The notes: generated by a model not told the origin, from the letters alone. 64,000 nucleotides of DNA from Phaeosaccion multiseriatum (GCA_965112735.1 OZ218958.1:2046001-2110000), one strand, 5' to 3'. Shown: positions 1 to 11,916, numbered from the stretch's first letter. Numbers and translations: made by a program.

Positions 1-965
1 GCCTGGATAACCCGGTCCACATCCCGCTCAGCCTGAGCGTCCACCTCCGCCTCGTCAGCCGCCGATAGGGCCGCCGACTGCCGAGAGAGGAACCCAGTGA
101 GACCACCAGAGAGACGCTGGAGAAATCCTGACGTACGAGGCGTAGATGGGGGCGTGACCGTCGCTGTTGCCTCGCCTGCAGCCCGTGTTTCCTCAGCGGC
201 AGCGCGCTGGGCGCGAGTCAGAACACCACTCGGGACCACACTGGTGGGAGAATCCGCCATGGGTGCCGCTGTGGCCGACCGAGCGCCCCTCACGTCACCT
301 CCACACTGCTGTGCCGCTTCTGCTGTTCGCTCCCTGCCTGCTGCCTATCCTCTGCCCACCGCTGTGGCCGCCACTGTCTCCTGTAGGCCGTGTGCTGGTA
401 CTGCCTACCGCCTCCGAGTCTGGTCTTAGCTGGCCTGTGTGCCTCCTGCCTTCCCGGTCCTGTCCTGTCCTGCCTCTCCTTCCTTTGTTTTTCGGATATC
501 CTCACCAGCAATTGTGTCAAAACGGGTTGTAAAAGCGACCTAAGCCGCTTAGACAAGTGGTAACCCTTGATATATTACACGGGATGGAACCCGTTTGCAA
601 GCCCTGCTGCTAGGCTCTCCTTATACCAAGATCACCGTTCTGACGTCCTCCTCCACTCAGAATCTACGTAATATAGGACACACCGACCATTGACTTATGG
701 TCCTTCTCACTCTGAGGCCTTCCAACACTGCTGCCACCGTCATGAGCACCCGGGACCGAAGCAGCAGCTGCAGCCGCCGGGGTTGCGGCGGCTGCGTCGG
801 CCGTAGCATCCTCCCTGGCGCGGCGGAGCCTAAAAGCGGCCATGGCTGATCCCGGCCTTCTCCCCCTGGCCTTCCTCTGCGCTTAGTATTCTGTCCCTCA
901 CCATTTCCTGCACATCCTTCAAATCCCTCTTCTCCGGCGTAGTAAAAAGCCTTGACATACGGGGC

Positions 966-1200
966 GTACCCTGTGCTGGGCTCGTTATCACAGGGTACCA
1001 ACGCTCGTACCCTGTGAGGGAAAATAAAAAAAAGCACGGGGGCAGGGTACGAGGCCACCAAAAATGGTGCCTTGCGCAATGAATCCCACCGCAGGGTACC
1101 TACGCCCATATGTTTCTATATTTTTAAGCTCCTACCCCGTGTTGGGCGTGGTTTTGGGCCCGTACCCTGTGATGGGTTGGGCCGTACCCTGTGATGGGAT
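966..1200. repeat. Cluster of GTACCCTGTG / CAGGGTAC motifs in both orientations, probably the subterminal region of a truncated DNA transposon
   Basis: About 8 copies of (C)GTACCCTG or its reverse complement lie within 240 bp. The cluster ends just before the 1218 element. Confidence 0.5.
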
Positions 1201-1217
1201 GGCGCCCAAGACAGTAG

Positions 1218-1426
1218 TGAGCCACCTGGGATGTGGGACAGACCACACACCCCAGACAACCAACAAGCAAGGGGTTCGTATCCTATGTTGACCGTGTATT
1301 AGCTTTCCTATAAATCTCACTTCCCTATCTATCCTCCTCCTGCGACATGCCGTTCATATAAGGCTCGAGTTCCCCAAATGGCGACAATCCGGATTCGAAC
1401 ATACCAAACACCTTTGAGACTCCACA
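1218..1426 (+). mobile_element. ~210-bp TG...CA element (solo-LTR-like), copy 1, without matching TSD
   Basis: Highly similar to 3688-3898 and to the reverse complement of 4600-4803. Flanks GTAG and AAAG do not match. Confidence 0.8.
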
Positions 1427-1451
1427 AAAGTGCCCGTGAATGCATGAAGTG

Positions 1452-1699
1452 TTGAGATAAATCGATGTCGACACTGACATCGATCTCTATATCGCCGTTA
1501 CATATCCGATCACTCCTATGCTAACATGGTGTAGCTAATAATTGTCGTGTTGGGATATCTCCCTCTCTGGAGACTAGCGTCGTACTTGCACGGGTTGTGG
1601 GAAAGCGTCTTATTAGCTACACCATGTTAGCATAGGAGTGATCGGATATGTAACGGCGATATAGAGATCGATATCAGTGTCGACATCGATTTATCTCAA
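1452..1699. mobile_element. 248-bp MITE with 90-bp TIRs and 9-bp TSD (Mutator-like architecture)
   Basis: Arms 1452-1541 and 1610-1699 are inverted at 89/90 identity. CATGAAGTG is duplicated at 1443-1451 and 1700-1708. An empty paralogous site is present at ~4855. Confidence 0.9.
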
Positions 1700-2379
1700 C
1701 ATGAAGTGCCACTTCGCGCTGCTTTATCGAAACAATAAGAGGAACATGTCCTTCCGCCTTCCGCGGGAGGGACGGCTGGGCGCGCCCCGCCCCCGCCCCG
1801 CCCCTGGTGGCGCACCATATGCTTTTTTCTTTTCTTTTTCTTTTCACATTTCCCGAGGTTGCAAACCCTCGGCCCCGTGCACGCCTAGCGGTTTTGCTCT
1901 AGGCCGCTAGGCCGCTCGGCCTCCGGCCGCTCTAGGCCGCTCACTTTTCAGCCCTAGGCGGCCTATTCGACCCCTGACAAGGTTCTGGGTTCCAGGTTCT
2001 GGCCGGCGCCAGCCGGCCAGGTTCCAGGTTCTGGGGGAACGCCGTGTAATAAGGCAATGATGAGGCCAACGCTTCACCTCTCTCTCCCAGCCTCGTATTA
2101 CTTATATGAACACCAACTACACTTACGTTCCTCATGCTACCTTACTTCCCCCCCGCATGCCTCTGGCAAAACTCGCTGTACAGCAACTTGCGTTCCTCTT
2201 CATGTTCCACAGGTGCTTGAAGTCAGTATTATGTCAATGGCCCAGGTCCAAACATTTTTCTGTCTCGTTTTTGGATTTTTAAAAAAAAAATGCTAATAGA
2301 CAAGGCTGGCTGCCAGGCTTTGGGGTTGCTATAACCTTGTCCATGCGTCTAGTCCTATCCTAAGTGGAGAGCAACGTGA

Positions 2380-3504
2380 CTCTACACAATCGCGTACGAC
2401 AAGATTGAGAGTCGGGGTGATGACACGTCCGGGTATGAGCCAGGTTTTAGCAGCTTCAGGGGTGGAGGGGGGGGGCAGAGCAGCACGGCCACCCAGATCG
2501 TGCACCGAGAGGGAGATCTGGTCTACGTGAAGGCGGTGAATGGCTCGGGCAATGAGCTCTTCTTTGTGGTCCAGCGAAGAGAAGACGTGGAAAGAAAGCG
2601 AAGATGGGAAAGACAGTAGAGCCTTCACACCCGGGCGCGCGACATTTTGTCAAGGGCAGCGCTGGTGGGGATGAAGCAAAGCGTGGCTCCGTTGATGTGG
2701 TATACAGCTACACCCATGATGCAAGCGTGAACGTGGAGACGATTCACGGTGCGTTGACTTCGTTCGGCAACGCGACCTACCTGTACGAAGTGTGCTAAGT
2801 TCAGATAACGTCTTATTATCCTGAACCTCTAGTATTGCGCCCGGGCGGGGGGCGCAATACTAGAGGTTCAGGATAATAAGACGTTATCTGAACTTAGCAC
2901 AGAAGGCTTCTCAGTTGGGACGAAGGGAAAGTAAGAAAAGAGGGGCAAGAAGAAGGGAGGGAAGGGCCCCAGCGCTTTGTCAGCCCGCGCTGAAGTCGCC
3001 ACCACCAGCCCGAGCATGCAGTCACTTTTGACCAGACGCTTGATGCGCTTCACCATAACGGAGGAGGAGCATGGCAGCATCGTCAGCATTGTCAATGACT
3101 CAAGCAAAGACAATGCCGACAGGCAAAATCGAGGCTTACGCCAAGCAGAAACAGATGAGGAGGAGGAGGTCGCATCAGAAGGGGACGAGGACAGTGAAGA
3201 CGAAGGAGATGAGGAAAGCACACCTCATCAGCGCAAGCTGGGAGTTATGGTCAGCACGAGATCGTCCCGGGGCCGGTCGACAGGGGCGCCAGTGAGTTAC
3301 AGAGACTTGCACACCGGCAAGAAGAGGAGGGGAGGGACAGTGTGTGTGGTGTGCAGGCAGGACGTCACAGAGGAGCTTCCACACATGCTGCCATGTGATA
3401 CTGACGCGTGTGGTGGAGAGTATCACCTCGGGTGTCTGACGCCTCCTCTCACTGAGGTACCTGAGGGGGATTGGTTTTGTCCGGCGTGCCGCGAAGGGAA
3501 GTAG
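2380..3504 (+). pseudogene. Disrupted ORF ending in an intact C4HC3 PHD finger (transposon cargo or transposase C-terminus)
   Basis: PHD sequence CVVC...MLPCDTDACGGEYHLGCLTPPLTEVPEGDWFCPAC. Removing the 2791-2901 insertion plus one TSD puts ORF 2604 in frame with ORF 2977, leaving one TAA at 2932. A further frameshift lies near 2600. Confidence 0.7.
2791..2901. mobile_element. 111-bp perfect palindromic MITE with TGT...ACA ends and 4-bp TSD (Ginger-like architecture)
   Basis: 52-bp perfect arms (2791-2842, 2850-2901) around a 7-nt loop. GAAG is duplicated at 2787-2790 and 2902-2905. Confidence 0.88.
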
Positions 3505-3687
3505 GCTAGTAGGTTGGCGCGCGCGAAAGAACTCTGAACTCTCCATTATAAAATGTACATGGCGTACGCTATTTTGCGGTCCCAGCCACACACGATGGGC
3601 ACTCAGGGCTGGGCATCAGTCCCTCTTTCCCTCAGTCACCCCTAGCTAGGTACAAACTGTCAAAGAGCTGGGTCAGGTTCCAGGTTC

Positions 3688-3898
3688 TGAGCCACCTGGG
3701 ATGTGGGACAGACCACACACCCCAGACAACCAACAAGCAAGGGGCTTGTATCCTATGTTCAGCGTGTATTAGCCTCGCTTATCTATCTCTCAATTCCTAT
3801 CTATCCTCCTCCCGCGACATGCCGTTCATATGAGGTGCGCATTCCCCAACTGGCGACAATCCGGATTCGAACATACCAAGCACCTTTGAGACTCCACA
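3688..3898 (+). mobile_element. ~210-bp TG...CA element copy 2, nested in the 1967-4002 transposon
   Basis: 4-bp TSD GTTC at 3684-3687 and 3899-3902. It splits the CAGGTTCTGGCCGGCG motif that is intact at ~1993. Confidence 0.88.
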
Positions 3899-4181
3899 GT
3901 TCTGGCCGGCGCCAGCCGGCCGGGTTCCGATTTCCAGCCGGCTCCAGCCGGCCAGGTTCCAGGTTCTGGGCTGGCCTGTCTCAGAACCTTGTCAGGGGTC
4001 GAGCCTATAGCCCGCCTCTAGGCAGCCTCCCAGTGACCGTGGGCGCGTGCGTGGTGCCGCCCAGCCAGTGGGTAGCAGCACACCTGTAAGCCTGCACTCC
4101 TCGTAGGGCCAGCGAGGCGGAAAGACAACACGAACCAAGTCCTCCTCACTTATCCCATGCAATACATTTGCTTAAAACTGA

Positions 4182-4300
4182 CTACTCTTTGCACTCTGGG
4201 CACTCCCACCGTCCTCTCGGCCTGGAGCGAAGGCCGAGGCAACGAAGGTGGTACTCATTTCCACAGGTACCCTCGTTGTAGCAGACAATGATGATGTGGC
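4182..4300 (-). pseudogene. Second, truncated PHD finger remnant
   Basis: IVCYNEGTCGNEYHLRCLGLRSRPRGRWECPECKE*. The first CxxC pair is missing. Confidence 0.6.
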
Positions 4301-4599
4301 GCTGAGAGCAGAAGTGGTGGATCCCGGGGTGGAGGAAGGGAGGGCGAAGCGAGGTAGGTAGGGAGAGGCAGAAGAGTGAGGGGGAAAAGCATCTGTTTGA
4401 CCTATCATTTAACTTCAATCTCTCCTCTAGCTACGACACTTGGGCGGGTTCCGGGCCAGCCAGCCCAGGGGCATATGAGCATACTCCCGCCCTGGACCTG
4501 CGCCTAGTTGGCGTCTGCCCTAGACGGCCTATAAATAGGCCGCTAGGCCGGGCAATTTTTTGTCTTCTTTTTCTTTTCACGTTTCCCCATTGCCGACGG

Positions 4600-4803
4600 T
4601 GTGGAGTCTCAAAGGTGTTTGGTATGTTCGAATCCGGATTGTCGCCAGTTGGGGAACTCGAGCCTTATATGAACAGCATGTCGCAGGAGGAGGATAGATA
4701 AGAAAGAAATAAAAAAAGCTATACAAAACTCAACATAGGATACGAACGCTTTGCTTGTTGGTTGTCTGGAGCGTGTGGTCTGTCCCACATCCCAGGTGGC
4801 TCA
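4600..4803 (-). mobile_element. ~205-bp TG...CA element copy 3 (inverted)
   Basis: Reverse complement of 1218-1426. 4-bp TSD ACGG at 4596-4599 and 4804-4807. Confidence 0.88.
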
Positions 4804-4900
4804 ACGGCCCACCCCCCTCGACCTAGAGGTTTAGGATTGTGAAAAGTGCCCGTGCATGAAGTGCCACTTGCCGCTGCTTTATCGAAACAATAAGAGGAAC

Positions 4901-7900
4901 ATGAGGGACGGCTGGGCGGGGGGCGGTATCAATCGGGTGGGAGACAGTGATCACAAGAAGGTGTACATCAATGTGGCCGGTAGGGGCGTGCTTCCCGTCT
5001 TGCTTGCCGTTGATGTTGGTGTCAGCGTCTTTGTTCTCTTCGCAGCCGAGAAGTTTAGCGCAGCGGCCGTGAGCAGACAGGTACGAAAAGGAGCAAGCCC
5101 AGGGATGCTGAAAGCACTCCCGATTTTCCATTCCTTTGCTCTTGTACTGCTTGGAGTAGTGCTTTCCCTCATCACTCACAGCAACCCCCTCCCTGATTGC
5201 TCCGGCCCCTGCAGTGGCTGCACTACTCGTACTTTAATTCCTCTGCGGAGGTAATGGTGCTGTGTGCAGTGCGGTGCTTGCTGCTGCTGACCAGCGTGTT
5301 TCACCGACAGGGGTCGGTGGTGCACATCACCAAAGGCGGCCCGGTGCGAAGCTCGACATTGACGCGCATAAGCATTTGCTTCTCTCTGGTCTGTGGAGTG
5401 TACAGCATTGTCAAGATGATCCTCGGCTTAGCGTTCGGAAGCGCAGGGGGCTGGGCCGTGGCGGCCTGCTCCCTCACGTTTGCCGCGTGCGAGTACCTCT
5501 CTCTGATGAAGCTACGCGGAACGGTGCGGACCATTTCGAGTCAAATTCTCTACGATAAGTTGGTTGATGAAAACAGCCTGCGAGGCAACGACGAGGACAG
5601 GGAGGACGACGAGGAGTGGGCCAGGGAGAGGGAGGAGCAGAAATCGAAAAAGTCACTGACCCCGAGGGAGCTCCTAGGCGTCCTGAAGCCGTACTTTTGG
5701 CCCAAGGGGAGCGACGAGCGGGCCGTGATGAACAGGGTGCGGAGCACCACCACATGGTTCTGTGTCATTGCCTCCAAAGCCTGCTCCGTGTACAGCCCCT
5801 TCTTCCTCGCCGACGCCACCAACAACCTCTACAACGGACACGCGCAGCAGGCCAGCTACGACGTTGTGGGCTACGCCACACTCTCTTTCATGGCCAAAGC
5901 GCTCAAGGAGATGCAAAATCTTGTGTACCTTCGAGTCAAGCAGCAGGTACCGACCGATCGTTGCGGTTGACGCCCAACTCCCTCTCTATCTCAACACGTG
6001 TTCTTGTCTCCTCTGGTCCAATCTTTCTTTTCTCCACCTTTCCTCTCCCCTCTCTTTCTTGCTCTCGCTCACGATCGCTGACCTCTCTCGTTCTCTCCTT
6101 CATGCCTCTACCTCTCGCTTTCCCCTCTGTCGCTCTCTCTCTCCTTCTCTCTCTCTCTCTCTCTCAGGCATACGTCGAAATCGCCGAGCACACATTTTCT
6201 CACTTGCACCGTCTGAGCCTGTCCTGGCATTTGCGCAAGAAGATTGGGGGCGTGACCAGGATCATGGACAGGTAGGCGTACGTGTGTCTGACTCATCTCT
6301 TTGCAGCTGCAATTCTCACACGGAACCTAGGGAGGAAAGGAGTTGGTGTTGATGCCGTGTATTGACGTCGACTTGTTGCCTGAGCACCCTGCCTCCCCAC
6401 TGTCCAACCCCTGACACACCCATACACCTCCACAGGGGCACGGATGCGGCCAACAACCTGGTCACGTACCTCTTCCTCTACCTCGTTCCAGCCATAGGTG
6501 AATGCGTGTAAGTACTCGCATTCCCTCTGTACCCGATGCTCCCCAACATGCAGCATCACAACCCCATTGACCCGCCCCCCCCTCTTCTCTTGTCCCCGAC
6601 CGGCAGAGCCACGGTTATCATCTTCTACGTCAAGTTCAAGGATTGGAAGTTGGCCACAATGGCTTTTTGCTCACTTGTCCTCTATGGAGTCGTCACGGTG
6701 AGTGGCGAGTGGAGCGGGCGGCAGAGACCATCGAACGTGGGATCAGGCAGCAGCCGTTCCAATCAGCATGAGCCTGCCCCCCCCTCTCACTCACTCACTC
6801 ACTCACTGGCGCTTGCCCTGCCCCCTTGGCACAGGTGAAAATCACGCTGTGGCGGAAGAAATTCCGGTCGCTGACCAACAAACATGACAATGCCTTCCAC
6901 GACATGGCGTCTGACTCCATCATCAACTATGAAACTGTCAAGTACTTTACAAACGAGGAGTTTGAAGTCAAGCGCTATAGCCAGAGGTAAGAAGGGAGGA
7001 AGGAAGATGGCGTGCTTTCTTCTTCTTTTTCGCTCAGGGCGCTTGTCATCGAGCCCTTCCCTCCCTCCCCCCATCCACTGCCGTCCCGTCCTCCCCTGTC
7101 CCAAGTGTGGCAAAGTACCAGCGAGCGAGCACCTCCACCCAGAGCTCCCTCTCCATTCTCAACACATTGCAGCAGCTCATCCTCGCTCTCACGCTCATTG
7201 GAGGCCTCATCCTGGCCGCAAAGAGCGTGCAGAGGGGCACGTACAGCGTCGGTGACTTTGTCTCCGTCAACACGTACATGGTCAACCTCTTTACGCCCCT
7301 AAACTTCCTCGGAAGCGTGTACAATGTCATTGGTGAGTCAGTGTTGTGAGCGAGTGGGTGCTTGAGTGCCTGAGTGCCTGAGTGAGTGAGTGAGTGTTCA
7401 AGCCCGCGGTGGCGGGACAATCAATCGTACCGTAAAGAGGGCAGTGCAGCACCTCTCTAACCCCCTCCCTTCACTCCATCGCGATCCGATGCACGCTACT
7501 GCGCACACAACACAGTCCAAGCCTTTGTGGACATCCGAAACCTCTCGGAGCTGCTTGCCGAGTCGCCGGACATTGTAGACGAGAAGGGCGCCCCCGACCT
7601 CAGCCTGGGCTCCTCCTCCAAGGGAGTGCGTGTGTCATTCCGAGAGATTGACTTCTCGTACCCAGGGCAGGCATCCAACAGCGGCCTCAGAGGGGTGAAT
7701 ATTGAGATTGAGCCGGGCACTACGACCGCCATTGTCGGCCCCACAGGCGCAGGAAAGACGACAATCAGTCGCTTGCTGTTCCGCTTCTACGACCCCGTTC
7801 GTGGTGGCGTCTTTATCAACAACCAGAATATTCGGTGCGTTTTGCTTGAAGCAAAGGGGCGAGGGGGAGAGGGGGGGGGGGGGCATTAGATAGTATCGTC

Positions 7901-8919
7901 CCCACGTTCAGGGTTTGAGTACAGAGTTTATTTAATGCACACGGTGTGAGCAGTGTCTGTTTGACAACTTACACTCGCACTTGTCGCTGCGTTGGTATCT
8001 GACCACAGAACGCTGACGGCCAAGAGCGTGCGGCAAGCCATCGGAGTGGTGCCGCAGGACACCCCTCTCTTCAACGAGACCATCCTCTACAACGTGCGCT
8101 ACGGGAGGAGCGACGCCTCCATGGCGGAGGTGGAGGAGGCCTGCAGGTGAAAATGGATGCGAGTGCGAATACTGCTCCCTCCTTCCTTTGTCTTGCTTGC
8201 TTTGAGAGCAACGTGTGTCACCCTGACCCTGACCCCAACCTCCCCTTCCTCAACAGATCTGCTCAGATCTATGACTTCATTATGGGCCTGCCGGAGACGT
8301 GGGAGAGCCAGGTGGGAGAGCGGGGCCTCAAGCTCTCTGGAGGAGAGAAGCAGCGAGTGGCGGTGAGTGAGTAAGTAACCTGTCGGTCTGTCTGGTGTCC
8401 AGCGATGCTTACACCGAGCGAGAGAGAGGGAGAGTCTGCTTTCCCGGAAGAGTGTTCTAAACGCCGCTGCGTGTCTGCCCCTCTCCACGCACATTCTGCT
8501 CCGCCCAGATCGCCCGCTGTCTGCTCAAGAACCCTCCCATCGTGCTCCTGGATGAGGCGACATCGGCGTTGGATACGCGCACGGAGAAGGGCATTCAAGT
8601 GGCCCTCTCCGGCCTGCAGCAGAACAGAACAACCTTGGTGGTGGCTCACCGCCTCTCCACCATTCGCACGGCGGAGCAGATTGTCGTTCTGTCCAAGGGA
8701 CAGATCGTGGAGAGAGGCACACACAACGAGCTGGTCGCGGTGAAGGGCGGTGAGTATCAGCAGCTGTGGAACATGCAGCTGCACGAGGACGAAGAGAGAG
8801 AGAGGTTGGAGAGCGAGGCTACTGCCGCCGCCGCCGCCGCCGCCGCCGCCGCTGCAGACGGGGACAACGGAAAGCCAGACGCAGGGCAAGAGGAGAGCAA
8901 ATCAGGGCGAGTAGACTAG
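4901..8919 (+). CDS. ABCB half-transporter, ABCB6/HMT1/ATM-like, with an N-terminal extra TM domain (~11 exons)
   Basis: Motifs [35 protein letters not shown], Walker [39 protein letters not shown] and AHRLST. GT-AG introns join in frame. Start codon uncertain. Confidence 0.93.
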
Positions 8920-9026
8920 AGCAGCCCCCCCCCCCCCGTTTGTGGGCGGGAAGGTGATGTTTTCTGGCCCGACTGAAGGATACGATAGGTATGCATATGT
9001 AAGTATAAGTAAGAGATTAATGTACA

Positions 9027-11916
9027 TTATCTTCCCTGCGGGGCTCTCTCTCTATCGTATTTACGCGTTGCACCGCTTCCCTTCTCCTCCCTGCTCTTGG
9101 GCGGAGGGAAGCGCCTGGGTCTACCGCTGTGGCCAGCTCCCCACGGCTGCTGCCGAACGTCCTTCTCAAACCTCACCCCCCCGCCCCGTGCCGCGAAGGC
9201 CGCCATCCTGGCTCTAAGACTTGCTGCCGCCTTTTCCCCTCTGCTGGAGCGCTCCTTCAATGCGGTCATGCGCTTTTGGGCGGCGAAGAAGCCGTCGTAG
9301 ATCATGGCGCAATTGTCGCACACACGCACCCGTTCGTACATCTTGGTAGGGTGGATTCTTTTCATTCATTCATTCATTCAGAGAAAATATTGAGACAAGA
9401 AAGAGCGCAACGAAACGGCACAACACACACAACAAAGAGTCGTAAGAGTGCTGGAGGTATGATGGACCCTTGATTGATACTTCATTCAGCCCCTGACCCC
9501 CCCCCTTGGGGCACACACCCATCCACCTCTCTCTCTCACCTCCCGAGTACGTTCTCGTAGAGCAGCTCAATGCTGAGGCTCATGCCGGTGCTCTGGTCGG
9601 CGTTCTGCCTCAGGCCGCTGTTGAGCGACGTGTAGAGGGCGCAAGAGCGCTCCACAAGCATGGCGTGCAGCATGGAGCACCGCGCTCGACACGCAGAAGT
9701 CACAGCATCCTCCATCTCGCCCTCGCTCACTTCGCTCCACTCCTGGTGAGCGAAGAACGTGAGCAAGCAAGAGCGAAGCAAGGGTCAGGGAGTCGCTCTG
9801 TTGAAGTCCTTGCTTTTGGAACAAACAACAACAGTACCTGTTTGCTCGCGAGGTCGAGGAGTATCTGGAGCTCAGACGAGAAAGAGGGGAGGGTGGCGGT
9901 CGCGGGCAAGAAGTCATTCTCAATGCGCGCCTTCACCAGGGTCTTGAACGATGTGGTCTTGCTGGGCACGGAGAAGGAGGACTCGACCGAGCTCACCGGC
10001 AAGTGGCAGTAGTCTCCCCAGCAGGCACCGTAACCTCCGCATCCTCCTCCTCCTCCTCCTCCTCCTTCTCTTCCTCCTCCTCCTCCTCCTCCTCCTCCTC
10101 CTCCTCCTCCTCCTCCTCCTCCTCCTCCTCCTCCTCCTCCTCCTCCTCCTCCTCCTCCTCCTCCTCCTCCTCCTCCTCCTCCTCCTCCTCCTCCTCCTCC
10201 TCCTCCTCCTCCTCCTCCTCCTCCTCCTCCTCCTCCTCCTCCTCCTCCTCCTCCTCCTCCTCCTCCTCCTCCTCCTCCTCCTCCTCCTCCTCCTCCTCCT
10301 CCTCCTCCTCCTCCTCCTCCCGCTGCTGCTGCTGTGGTCGATAGTGCTGGCGCCGAGCTTGGGCGAAAGTCCCCTTCAGCAGGACAAATGGCCTGTGCTC
10401 TTTGTGCGCTGCAGCCTGTGTGTTTAAAGAGGAGCAAAAAACAAAGCGCGCGGACGAGTTAGGAGCAGACCCACCCACCCATCCATCCACCCATTGACAT
10501 AGTACGCCCACCTGGTCGAGCCATTGTGGTAGAAGTGGTCTTGAAGGGGGGCAGCAGCAGCGATGGAGCGTCTCCGGCGACGGTCAAGTTGCCCGACGGC
10601 GGTGCTGTTGCTGGCCGGTCCCCGAGTGTGTGCAGGGAGCGATTACAGTCCTGGGCGCTGTAGTAGTGGCCTCTGGGCTTGTTGGTGCGGCCAAAGCTCG
10701 TCTCCGTGTGCATGGCAAAGTGCTGTGTGAGGGTGCGCACGGGTGGCACCGTCCTGCCACGTGTCTTGCTGCTACTGCCCCCCAGGGCCCCCAATCGTAG
10801 CTGCTTGGTGGAGGAGCTCCTTTCCCAGAGCAGAGCGCCCTGCTCTGCTGCGGCGAACTCCACTGCTGAGCTACCAATCCTCGCCGGGTGAGAAGGAGCT
10901 TCTTGGCCGGGTGTCAGCATCGCAGCCGCTGCTGCTGCCGCCGGTGTTGCTGGCTCGCCGCTGACTGGAGAGCTACTGGGCGAATCCCTCTCCACGGCAG
11001 CGGACAGGGGTGTGGTGTCCTGTGGCTTGGCGCGACTCCTCTTGGTACGGTTGGCCACCACTCTTGGGGCACAAGGCGCCGTTACAATTTGGGGGGCGAA
11101 GAGCAGCAAAGGCTCCCCCGTGCCCGGCGTGAAAATATACTCCAGCACAATCCACACGATGGTCTGTCCCCCCTCCCGCTCCAGATGGTTCACCAGGTTC
11201 TTGGTTGAAGCCCTCATCACCCGGTGCAGGACTCCCGACGCTCGAGTCGCCCCCAGGTGTATCATGTCCTGCTCAAAGCACTCGCTAAATCCCGCCGCCT
11301 TTTCACCACTGTCCTGCCACTGCCCCTCGGGGTGTCGACCAGAGTGCTGCCTCAAGCTGGCCAACTCCTCCACCATCTTGATCGAGAGCGGCCACTCCTT
11401 GAGCTCATAGCTGGCAGAGCGATAGTCCACTGCCGCCACGCCTCGCGTCGTCCCCTGCCGCATCTCAAACGAGCTGTGGAACACGCCTGTCCCGTGGAAG
11501 GACCTCGGCTGGCAGTACGGCTGCAACAAAAGGACCTTCTCCAGCATATCGTGATTGTTCTTCCACGTCAAGGCCTCCATTTCCCCTACTGTTAGAAGCA
11601 CGGTCTCGATTCCGGTCTCGTGCTGTCTTCGGCAAATGCACACGTGTCCCTTCCTCCATCCCAGTCCGCGAATCGGGCAGGCCCCTTTGGCGCGTTTACA
11701 CGAAGCACTCATAATCTTGTCCCACTCCAGCAGGCCGTCACTTCGCTTCAAGACAACCCCACTCTTCGCAGCAGTCGTGAGCCAGCGTATCACGTGTCCG
11801 CCCGTAACTATTATACTCTCTGCAAGCCGTGTTCCCGACAGACATCTGTCTGCTCGGCCTGGCATCCATATATTTTCGAAGAACCACATCTGCGTAGCAC
11901 TCTCCTCCGCCTCCAT
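9027..11916 (-). CDS. Uncharacterised spliced protein with a long homopolymer tract and a C-terminal VCDNC motif
   Basis: A ~475-aa first exon plus 3 exons that join in frame at GT-AG sites. Segments CWGDYC, SFKTLVKARIE and MYERVRVCDNC look conserved. Confidence 0.65.
10042..10320. repeat. (TCC)n / (GGA)n trinucleotide tract, about 83 + 8 units
   Basis: Directly visible, with one TTCTCT interruption. Confidence 0.98.

Larger units (their letters stand above)
1967..4002. mobile_element. 2-kb non-autonomous TIR DNA transposon (TCGACCCCTGAC family) carrying a PHD-finger pseudogene
   Basis: Perfect ~21-bp TIR TCGACCCCTGACAAGGTTCTG. 6-bp TSD GCCTAT at 1961-1966 and 4003-4008. Subterminal GCCGGCGCCAGCCGG motifs at both ends. 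Confidence 0.9.

Noticed and set aside
1-700. Short ORFs and a possible third decayed PHD remnant (GYHL...F*HNC) on the minus strand
   Set aside because: It would require multiple frameshifts and is too degenerate to support.
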